This document shows, piece after piece, positions 40,164 to 50,118 of a stretch of DNA of 64,000 bases; the first letter of the stretch is position 1; every line of letters begins with the position of its first letter. The notes under the pieces are model-generated. The model searched no databases and had not been told where the DNA came from. It saw only the letters and a list, made by a program, of their open reading frames with translations. Position numbers and translations under genes: made by a program. This DNA comes from Lingula anatina (taxonomy: Eukaryota > Animalia > Brachiopoda), in contig CM120640.1 of assembly GCA_051362555.1 (NCBI GenBank), positions 24,476,225 to 24,540,224 of the forward strand, written 5' to 3'.

Positions 40164-41655
40164 GTACTGTTGGGACATTGCATATACTCATCTGCTGTTA
40201 CATTTTGTGGACAGCAAAGAAGACTGTGGTTCTGAATGGCCAGAATGATCAGAATGATTATTTTGTTTAAGACATTATTTTCTCCAGCAATCATAGAGCC
40301 CTTTTGAAAAAAAAAAACAATCTGCAGCATTGTTATTCCGTGATTGTTAAAGCCCAGAGACGATGGAGACATGCATGTGAGAACAAAATATTTAATATGA
40401 TTTTGAAAAACATATATTGATTAGATTTTCCTCTAGTCAACTTTTATTTTTTAGGCAAATGGAGAGAATCCTGTGCTCTGTTTGCTGTTGGAGGAGGCTA
40501 CGATATGGGCTACATAAATGCCTTGCAGGAGGATGGCCTGCTGATGATAAAGGAGTATGTACACAGTGGTGGAGCATACCTAGGCATATGTGCCGGTGCC
40601 TACCTGGGCTGCTCAGATATTGAGTTTGACAAAGGCGGACCACTGGAAGTATGTGGCAGAAGGCAGTTAGAGTTCTTTCAAGGTATGATACATGTATATT
40701 GAGCTCATTATGCTCTGTGTAATCTTTGTTTTTAGCAATCCCTATTCTGACCTTCAGAGGCCAGAATGGTCCACCTTCTTAAACCATTTCACCCACTTTA
40801 ACACACACTGACCTTTTCTGGTCCTAATACCATAGGTGTCTTTATATCAGAAATGTGCCATCCATTGCATCCCATCTTCATAATAATCCCTTTGATATCA
40901 GTTGAAAGCCCAAGAAGTCTAAAAAACGGGTATAACAGGCCCCCTTTGATAATGCTACAGTGTAATTCAAAATAACATACTGTAATCCCCTCCCCCCATC
41001 CCCTCATGTATAAATATGTGTTTATATAATGTAGATTTTTCACAAAAATGACACAAATTACTAAGAGTAAAGTCAACTGTATATTTTCAAAACACCAATT
41101 AAATTTTTTGTTAAAAATTGACTTGCTTGCGTGGACTTTCTCTCTTTGTGAAAAAGTATTTTGTTTTAATTGTCTCTTTTTGCTTTACTTTACTCATTCA
41201 TCAAAAAACTCCTTTTTACCTGAATTTTAGGGAAGTGTATTGGTCCAGTGTATCAAGGCTTCCAGTACAACAGTGAGGCAGGGGCACGTGCAGCTTGCAT
41301 TAAACTGCAGGACGATGCCTCTTTTGGCATTCCTTTACGTGAAAAAATGTCAAAAACTTTGACAGCACAGGTCTACTTTAACGGAGGAGGAACATTTATC
41401 CCAGACAAGAAAAACCAAGAAAGTTGTGTTGTAGCCAGGTATGAAGATACCCAAAATGCTGAAGAATCTGCGGCCATTATTAGCTGCAGGGCTGGTGCAG
41501 GAGTGGCTGTTTTGAGTAGCGTCCATTTTGAGTATTTAGTGGAAGATTTGGATTCATCTGATGAGTACCTGAAGACAGTTGTTCCAAAGTTAAGAGAAAC
41601 ATTGCACAGAAGAGATTTTATTTGTAGTAGGATCCTCCAGATTTTGAGGTTGTAA
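34104..41655 (+). CDS. Predicted 11-exon multidomain protein (~1059 aa): KMO-like FAD monooxygenase + lipoyl/biotinyl carrier + biotin protein ligase + C-terminal BPL_N/GATase-like domain
   Basis: Exons: 34104-34275, 35070-35770, 36008-36188, 36573-36821, 37212-37452, 37889-38043, 38426-38553, 39069-39570, 39891-40088, 40455-40682, 41231-41655. Total 3180 nt = 1060 codons with no internal stop. Intron phases 1,0,1,1,2,1,0,1,1,1 match at both ends of every intron. Nine introns are GT-AG and one is GC-AG. Confidence 0.82.
36275..36447. mobile_element. MITE in intron 3
   Basis: TIRs CTGGGGTAGCGCTAGCA / TGTTAGTGCTACCCCAG, with TAAAG duplicated on both flanks. Confidence 0.85.
37212..37452 (+). 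CDS. Exon 5: biotinyl/lipoyl attachment-like domain plus linker
   Basis: The spliced reading PPVKG|[34 protein letters not shown] fits the pattern GxxVxxGxxLxxxExxKxxxxIxSPxxGxI with the acceptor Lys intact. Confidence 0.8.
37626..37701. repeat. (TA)n microsatellite in intron 5
   Basis: Direct reading. Confidence 0.97.
37889..39570 (+). CDS. Exons 6-8: biotin protein ligase catalytic domain (BirA/BPL) and C-terminal subdomain
   Basis: [27 protein letters not shown]; [14 protein letters not shown]; VKWPNDV; KMAGILVE; LGMGVNV; [10 protein letters not shown]. Confidence 0.95.
38765..38998. mobile_element. MITE in intron 7, termini distantly related to family A
   Basis: TTCCCATAAACCCAT...TAGCTGGATAGATCCAACTCTGCA pairs with TGCAGAGTTAAATCAATCCAGCTA...ATGGATTTATGGGAA. 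Confidence 0.75.
39891..41655 (+). CDS. Exons 9-11: BPL_N-type (class I glutamine amidotransferase-like) domain
   Basis: IYVYDGEG; GGGYDMGY; [12 protein letters not shown]; [22 protein letters not shown]|[20 protein letters not shown]; YFNGGG; VLSSVHFEY. These parallel the N-terminal domain of yeast Bpl1. Confidence 0.92.
40096..40160. repeat. (TA)n microsatellite in intron 9
   Basis: Direct reading; it produces the spurious YIYI ORFs. Confidence 0.97.
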
Positions 41656-41807
41656 TATATATATACACATACCTGCCATTCAAATGGATTTTTGATATTC
41701 GTTTGCACAACTTTTAATTTTGGCTAAACTTTCTGAATTTTTTTGTGTTATATTTTTAGGTCATATGTAGGTAAGTGGGTGAAACTTATATGATTTTTTA
41801 ATCTTTT

Positions 41808-42024
41808 AGACTGCATTCCCACAGATTTAGATCGATCCATCTGGATCGACCTAACTCCTTGGGGGTTCATGCTAAATTGCTGTCAGCCGAGCGTGCATGG
41901 AAGTTAATTACCCCCTTACAGCTTTTAGTAGGCGGGACAGACATTTAAGCTGGCTAAGCTGACAGCAATCTAGTGAGACTCTCCACAGGGATAGATCAAT
42001 CTAAAATCTGTGGGAATGCAGTCT
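41808..42024. mobile_element. MITE family A, copy 2 (opposite orientation to copy 1)
   Basis: Perfect 21-bp TIR AGACTGCATTCCCACAGATTT / AAATCTGTGGGAATGCAGTCT. The internal sequence matches 31798-32007 in reverse. Confidence 0.9.
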
Positions 42025-43056
42025 TAGACAATTTATAACGCATTTACTCATTTTTTGTCACGGTGGTAGTATTCTGGTCAACTTGATGTGTTTGTACAAA
42101 GTTGCAATTTGTTGAGGGTGCATACAATGCTATTAGAAGGCTAAGATAATGTCCTTTGGTGAAGTTTGTCATAACAAATTTAGACAGTATAGTTTGCTTA
42201 CACCGCACGTGCAGATTGAAGTTGTATTTGTTTTTAAGTCTTTTTATAGCTGGAGTGCCATTTAGAAACAAGTCATTATTAAACAAAATTCACTTTTTGT
42301 TTCAGAATGGTTAACAGGCTTTTATAGATCGATATACTGGGGGATATGGGCAGTTTACTGTATAGGAATTTGAAATTTTAAAAGCAGAATTTTTTTTTAT
42401 AAATAAGGCTCTTTCTTTTAATTATATATATATAAAGTCATATAGACTGGTTCACACAATACATCTGTACTAGTATCTTTATCACTTCTTTTAAGAAGTT
42501 AAATGAAAATCTTTTGCTTTAGGTTATGGTATGGTACCTTTTCTTTACATGCAATCAAATATTTGAAAAATCCCTGAAATTATTATATGTTTACTTATAT
42601 AATCTGCAAGCAATTATAGTGGTAAAATTTGCTCAGTATTAATCAGTGTCAGTGCAAACATTCTCCATAATACCATATGTTGCTATCTTGCTGCAGTATT
42701 TCAACAGTTTTATAGGCAACGTACATCATGTATGTGTCTAAGATAGTTGAAAGATATGCTATTTTTTTCTTCTTAATTATTGTCATAGAAGTAGAGATTG
42801 TATAACATAATACTGATTGTGATTGTCAAGTGCTGATTGAAACAGGAAAACAAATGGATAATGAATATTAAGTTATTCCAGATTAATAACAATCATTTTC
42901 AGCTTTAGGAGTTAAACACTGGTTTAGATGGAGTGTCTTACATTTTTTAATCGGATACTAACTTCCCAGTCAGTGGTAAAATACAACATTGTAATTGTAT
43001 ATATGACATCATAAAGGAAGTACATCACAAACTGTTCACTTTCATGTTAAAACAAA

Positions 43057-43149
43057 TCTGCCAGGCACTAACGGCTGACTTCAGCTGAAAATGACCATCT
43101 ATCTAGCTAGAGACATATCTGTGAATATCCGTAAAAATCTATCAGAGGG
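43057..43149. mobile_element. Diverged copy of the 46120-46253 MITE, reverse orientation
   Basis: CTAGAGACATATCTGTGAATATC at ~43107 is the reverse complement of GATATTCACAGATATGTCTCTAG at ~46153. Confidence 0.6.
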
Positions 43150-44184
43150 TACTAAAGGCTAAGGTTAATTTTTGTTAGTTGCCATTGTTTTCAAAGCATC
43201 ATCACCACTGTAATGTTCTGGTTATCATAATGTAAATATATCATTATATACCAGGTACAGGGTAGCATACTGAAGGACAGAAGTGTTGGTATGTGTGAAA
43301 AAATACATTGTGAATAGCTTGTAACAAGGCAGAACCCTCTTTTGTCTCAGAACAAAACAGTGGTATAAGCGAGATTAAGAGAGATTAACACCTCCCATAA
43401 TATTCTTTGCATTCATTAACATATACTATAACAAAAGTAAACTGAAGTAATTTTGGATAGATACCATTTTCAAGAGTCTGGGAAGGAATATGATGGTGAA
43501 ATTAGAAAAGCACTTAAATCGTGCATACCTCTGCCAAGACGAATATTCAAGTAATAATTAACCATAATGAATTAATGGATCATTCAAATCTCAACACGTT
43601 TCCTCAAAAACCACCCATTACTTTCTGCATTAGGTTGCTTGCCAACAGACAACAAATAAAATTGCTCACCGAGGGAGGAATTGCAAATCATAACAGTATC
43701 ACATCTGTGGATGCCAGTAAGGTGTAAAATGGATATGGTGCACGCGTTTTTTATGTTTGTGGAATACTGAATTACGCACTCCACAAAGGCTCCTACGGCC
43801 TACTCTATCTACAGAATTTTAAAATAATGTCAATGGGATTTTCCCGTGTAAGTTTAAAAACTTAAAATTTGATACATAGATAGAAGATAAAAACATCCTA
43901 TTAAAATCAATAGGTTTCACCCTAGACCAGTTACCAACCTGCTTAGTATCACTTCACATAATTTGATGCAAGAAATTGCACCATAAATAAAAAAATCTAA
44001 AAGTTATTATTTGGGATTTTCCATTTAAAATTCGGAACTTTGGAATTGTTTTTTATGAACAAAAGTCATGATCGTTGGGATGAAACTTGGCAAATTAGAA
44101 TTAAGATGCCATGCCGTAGTATCGGTATCCGTTCCAACAAGTTGTCGACTTTACACTATAAGGCACATTTAATAAGATGACCCC

Positions 44185-44545
44185 AATACTAAAAGAACAC
44201 TAACATTACCACTGACACAAAAATAAGAACACTGAAGTAATACAAATAATAAGTGGTCAGTACTCTACTTTTATGTGCGTGTGGATGCTGGAATGTCTCC
44301 AACAACACTAAGAAGAAACTGGAAGCTACGGAAATGTGGTACTTAAGAAGATAATTCAGAATATCCTGGGTAGAAAGAAAGAACAATGATTGAAGAAGTG
44401 TTACAGTTTGCAGGAGTACAACGCTCATTGATGAAAACAATCAGAAAAAGACGAATGAAATCTCTGGAACATACCATAGGAAAGGACGGAACAGAAAACT
44501 TGTACTCTGTGTGAAAATTGAAGGAAGGAGTAGAGGAATACAACA
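44185..44545 (+). mobile_element. Degenerate RTE-like non-LTR retrotransposon fragment (region C-terminal to the RT domain)
   Basis: Manual translation: CWNVSNNTKKKLEATEMWYLRR*FRISWVERKNN / EEVLQFAGVQRSLMKTIRKRRMK.. / KIEGRSRG, with a stop and frameshifts. Matches the RTE-clade pattern LEAFEMWxxRRxLRISW..NEEVL..KIEGKRxRG. Confidence 0.85.
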
Positions 44546-45476
44546 AACATCATACTATTACATTGATAGCCTTAATGCCTTTGCAACAAATCAACGACTG
44601 TAAGTGTCTGTATATATTCTGATTGGTCTGTCTATCCGTGTCGTCGCTGTCGCCGTCACGGTCCGGCACATGACGTCTGCCCTATAACTTCCAAACTGTA
44701 TTTTTGTTTTACGTTAAGCTTACCGAGTTTCTTCCTTTGGTAAAGAGGCAGGGTGCTTCCGAAAATTGGCATGATTGGTTTACATTTACGATAATTATTG
44801 TTTGTTTTTTTTAAATTGGAGGCTAGGACACGATATATCGGTTGAGGGTACATGTAGTGATTACAGTATAAAATGAGGAGGAAATGCCAAAGACGAAACC
44901 AAGTCGGGTCTTTGTGTGAGTACTTCGCATAATATATGTTACTGTTGTCATGAGATGAAACTTGTTCAAAAAGAAACCGAGGTACCGATCATTTAAACCG
45001 CAACAAGTGTTTGTAATATTTGCTTTTATTATGAGACCTCTTTAGCACCACATGACCCGAACCCCCTAGCTACATGTACGTGTCTGCTTATCCATAATTC
45101 TTTCTATATTTTTTGTCTTCTTTCAAGTTTTGGTACACGTAGCTGCGTGAACATCAAAACAATAGATTCGCGTAGCATTTTGGGTTTTTAACTCTAAATG
45201 ACTTTGCTAAGCGGGAAGCACGTGGCCGGTAAAAGTTGTGAAAGAGGCTCTAAAATGTCGAAAGGGAAAATATAGTGTATTTGCAAGTTTAAGAAGAGCC
45301 TGAAGTGTGGCTTGAGCACTATAGGCCATAGCTGTCTTTGAAAAATTTGGGAACTTTGTTAGATGTAGGATGTACCGGTATCATCGCTCGTAGAGATAAA
45401 GGCGACATTAAGAAAAATGCAGCCTTGGAAAATCAACAGGAAAAGCGTCAACGATACTAAAGGAGCTCAAGGAAAA

Positions 45477-45477
<1 letters not shown>

Positions 45478-45509
<32 letters not shown>
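45478..45509. repeat. (TG)n microsatellite
   Basis: Direct reading. Confidence 0.95.
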
Positions 45510-45510
<1 letters not shown>

Positions 45511-45635
45511 AGGACGTAGGGCGTGCGAGGGAATCTCCTTTTCTGACAGTTGTTAATATTGACAGGTATGCCACTGAACATAACTGTATCACTCCCCCCC
45601 CCCCTCCCCCAGGTTTATCATTCAAACAATTACAT

Positions 45636-45666
<31 letters not shown>

Positions 45667-46119
45667 TATTTCCTTGCGCCATCATGTCCACTACAATTTT
45701 CTTTAGAATGGGTTCAAATTCAAGCTGTTACTGATCAGTATACCTACACCACTGGCATTGTATTTACAAGAAACTGGAAATTAACGATAGGCCTACGTAC
45801 ATTTTCTGTTTGGTTTTAGTTTTGTAACAAGCGCAAATAGTCAACAACACACGCTATTCTTACCTTCACGCATACATAACAGGAAGCCAGTTTTGAAACA
45901 AAAGCATCTAAATATAGCATGTGGACTTTTGCGTGTTATTTGTTACATCAGCAGAGCGATTCGTACAGCAAAAATATAAAGCAGACAAGTAAAGAATAAA
46001 AAACATAATGCTGTCTGATACTGACCTCCTCTAATTATTCGTAAAGTTACTTAAATTTTTAAATACCATTGCTTTTAACAAACACTTATTGCCAATGCAA
46101 ATAACTTACCAACCACCTA

Positions 46120-46253
46120 CCCTCTACCAGGGCGACAGATTGATTTTTCACAGATATTCACAGATATGTCTCTAGATAAATGGACAGTCATTTTGGTCTG
46201 ATGTCGCCTCAGCAAAAAATGTCCACAATAATAACTGCGGCCCTGGTAGAGGG
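46120..46253. mobile_element. Short MITE with 14-bp perfect TIR
   Basis: CCCTCTACCAGGGC ... GCCCTGGTAGAGGG; flanks CACCTA / CACCAA form a near 6-bp duplication. Confidence 0.8.
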
Positions 46254-49022
46254 CACCAACCACCCTTGCTAAGATAAAATAAAAACTTGCCTTTATATGA
46301 AATAATAGATATACAGGGGGGTGACAAAAGTATTGCACCATTTTTCTTTAAGGGGAACATCAGCTGGATATGTTAGCTTTTTTTTTTTTTTTAATTGTTA
46401 TTTTATTGAAAACTGATTGCGTCAAGTGAGTATCTTTATTTTAGGTTTACAGTGCATTGCCCTGTCCCCATAACACTATTTCTAGGTGAGGAGGAAGTTA
46501 TATGGGAAATGATTGAAAATGATGGCTGGGAGAGCCAGTATCAGATGCCATAACAGTATATGTATCTATTAAAACAATAATGTATATGTATCTATTAAAA
46601 CAATAATGTAGCTGGCACTGATCTGTGCGGTTTTTAATTTTATCATCAAATAGAAGAACGTTTTCTTTTCAGTTTATGCAAATAGCCAAACTCCATACCT
46701 TGTGAACGCATTAAAAGGTGAGATACATGTAGCTGTGAACTTGTTCAACTCAAGCTGCTGACAGCTTTTTGTCTCAGTTTTGGGCAATAAGTTACGTAAT
46801 GTCGGAAATGTGAAATTTTAGGCTTGAAATTTGCCATAATGGTTGAAAGACTGTAACCAGAATGGATGAGGCTAAAATATCGACTAAAGACAAAAAAGTT
46901 ACATCTGATCTTAGTCTTCATCATTTTATGTTTTTTTTAATTGGGAGAGGAATAATTGGCTATTTTGGCAGTGCCGCTAACCTTGTTAACACTGCCACCT
47001 ATAGAAACCACGAAGGTCTGAACACTTATAACTTAGCATTGTATTCTCCATTATTGTATCCCCAAAACCAGATATATCGCAAAAGCCGTGACGAAAACAT
47101 ATCTGCACAATTTCTGCATATAGTGCACATTTAGCGCATGCTGACCGTCTTTTAAAGCTTATCTACCGGTACCTCCGATATGAGCCTTTGAAACGCCAAT
47201 TCCCATCAGAAAATGGTTGGTACCAAATCCCTTGGTACGACAAAACAGTGCGTGTTTCATTAAAGAGCACCGACTTTGTTCGTTTCAAAGTGGCCAACCC
47301 ACCAGGGTATTTTTTTAATCAGCTGTTAATAATTGATCGACCGGCTAGCATGAGCATCGTTGTTATTTGGGTCTCCCAAGAAAGTCTACTTCAAAACACT
47401 TCAAAAACGGGAAGATTTAAGTAATTTCTAGAATTGATTGCTATGCCTTTACATGGCGGCAGAGAGAGGATGATGTATATTTTTTTCAAAATTTGTTTTA
47501 AATTTGCACATACATGCATGTAACTGGTTTTTTTCCGCATACGTCTTATCAAGTTTTATAAATTATCATTTTACTCGGGGGTTTAAACTAGTTAAAATAC
47601 AGTAGTCATCCGCACCCCATCCAAAAAGGCTTTGTTCGGAAAGATAGATAAATTGTATTCTATTCATTTTGTTATATTAACAGTTTCAAGCTGATTTCAC
47701 ATGTAATCTTGGCGGAGTAGTTGACTAACAAAATGATTTTGTGAGAAGTTTGCATTCAGAAAATCAAAGCGAAAAATTGATGAGTTTACCTTGAAGATGC
47801 CAGAGCAACCATGGATACAATTGGTTTTATCTTTAAACGTAGGCCTGGGTGGGGGTAGGTAGGGGCATGGTCTGCTACTGTCTTACATAACTTTTTACGG
47901 ACCCAAATTAAAGATTTTAAAGGTAAAAGGTAGAAACAGCAGACAAGTAAAAATGTTTTTTAACCATCTCGCCACCTATAAAAACTATAAGTCGATAGTT
48001 GTTTGATTGGATTTCTGTTTTTCTCTTCTTTTAATACTTCAGTAGCGGATTGGTTGCTTTCATTCATTACATTGGCGTTTCTTTTCCCATTCTTTCAATA
48101 TCTCTTGTCTCTCAAACAAGGAAGGCTTGCACAAATAACACGGCAAGCTGTTTCCGCTGTATGTCCAGTTTTTGCATGTCCTCTCGAAAGATGATGGTAT
48201 TATATAGGATGTTGAATCACACAAGTCACTGCTCTGTAGAAAGTAATCAAGACCTCAAAGTCACGATAGTGCGTAAGAAAAGTATCTGACTGGACAATAT
48301 TTGGAACATTCTGGTGTTCACCTGTTGGTCAATTTAGCATCATTTTTGTAAATTGACCAACAGATTATTTTGGTTCAGGAAACTCACTTTGTCTTATCAT
48401 AATAAAATATCTCCAGTGTTCAATCAAAGATCCGCCTTACGAAACAAACGCATGACACACGATTGGTTCCATTTCCACCTGTCCATTATGTGCTTATCTC
48501 CCCTCGACACGCAAATGTTCTATGGTAGACGGGAAAGATATTGTATTCCTTTTGTTCATATATCTCAATATTGCTGAGGGTTGCTTCTAACCGTGCTTAA
48601 TGCTCAATTTATTGGGAAACGCTTCTAATAATTACCCCACTTGCTCGCCAATGCGGTTCATCATGCTACATAACGTTGATAATATTCAGTATTGATCGCA
48701 GGAATATTCTCATCAAGCACGCCCATACTGCTTCTTCATATACCTGCTACGGTATAAGAGAGACTTCACACAGGGAATTGAAAGTGATAATGTAGGTTGT
48801 ATTTACGATAAGAAGCCTATTAGAATGCTACATAATTAATTGACCTGGGAATGCTTATTTCTACTCGGCGTGAGTGTTGGAATACAGATATATCAGGGCC
48901 GATAATTATTTTAAATTATTTAATCTATTCTTATTAATATATTGATGGTAATCAACACCCCTACACAATTTATGATACATGTTGCCTTTTTTCAGCATAC
49001 ACCGGAATCACACACAAGCGCC

Positions 49023-49025
<3 letters not shown>

Positions 49026-49053
<28 letters not shown>
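49026..49053. repeat. (CA)n microsatellite
   Basis: Direct reading. Confidence 0.9.
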
Positions 49054-49056
<3 letters not shown>

Positions 49057-49932
49057 GCCAGTGTCAGATACCAGTGGCCTACTTCCGTATACAATGTAAC
49101 ACACGAAAACACATTATGATTAGGGGCTACTCTACATCTTTTTCGTATATTGCTATATAAGCGTAATGACCAATACTGCTTTCGATGATGTCGTGGTAGG
49201 ATAACGAAGTATTATGTCCAGAAAGCATTAGCAATTTAACGAGAAAACCTGCGGGAAAATCGTGCAAGTATAAAGTACATGTGGTGTTAACACCGCTCCT
49301 TCATCTCTATCTCTATCCCTACAAATAATCCCTGCAAGCGTCTTACTGCGAGGCTATGCGTGTACACAGCAGTAGGCAGGGATCTTCTTGCCATGTTTAT
49401 CAAGACAATTGAGGGCCAAAATATATCTGCTCTGTTCTCAGTCTGCTCTCCGGATGATTAGCGATGTCAGTTGTCTTGCAGGTCTGCAGTTTCAGCAGAA
49501 GGCCCCGGCGTCAGTTAGAACAATTCAATCCAATCGCGCCCGTATTTTCCTGAACGAAACACTGGAGTGATTTTTGTCGAGCGAGTCTTACCCAGTGCGA
49601 ATCTTCGTTGCATTGTAGGTCGACGATTGATTAATTATTCAGAGCCATGTTGGTGAATTCATATTGAATAGCCGGCTAGTCGCTTGTATACCGACAGCTT
49701 TATTCTCAATCGCAGTGAAAGGAGGAAGATAACGAAAATTGTGCACGATAAAAATATTCTCTGGTAATTGACTTCAGGAAATTCTGTTTGACTTGTGTTG
49801 TTCCGAGGATATATTTACATCACAGCGTTCGGGGGAATGATGACGTTTATTCACGAATAACAACGGAAGATTTCCCGTATTGGTAGATTTCAATTTCTCT
49901 GGACTGAACGGATCTACTGTTGATGTACCTTC

Positions 49933-50118
49933 ATGCCCGGCCATAGGCTATCTCCCACGCCACAAGTGTCTACAACAGAGATAGATCAGATTTTAAAGGA
50001 ATATTCACAAATTGTCGCCGAGGAGGTCCAGCCTTTCGTTGACAGAATCTGGCCGGTCTGGCCTTTCCGGGCCTCGCGTAGCAGACGAGTTTTGGGTTCG
50101 GCAAACGTGTTGAAAAAG
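49933..50118 (+). CDS. Candidate upstream first coding exon of the RGS gene (62 codons)
   Basis: ATG follows an in-frame stop in a CpG-richer region. The frame is open to a strong donor AAG|GTGAGA in phase 0, compatible with the phase-0 acceptor at 57304. No recognisable homology. Confidence 0.5.

Noticed and set aside
43800-44970. Possible Helitron/Helentron-derived non-autonomous fragments (GATGAAACTTG motifs, short internal repeats)
   Set aside because: Termini and boundaries could not be defined by eye.
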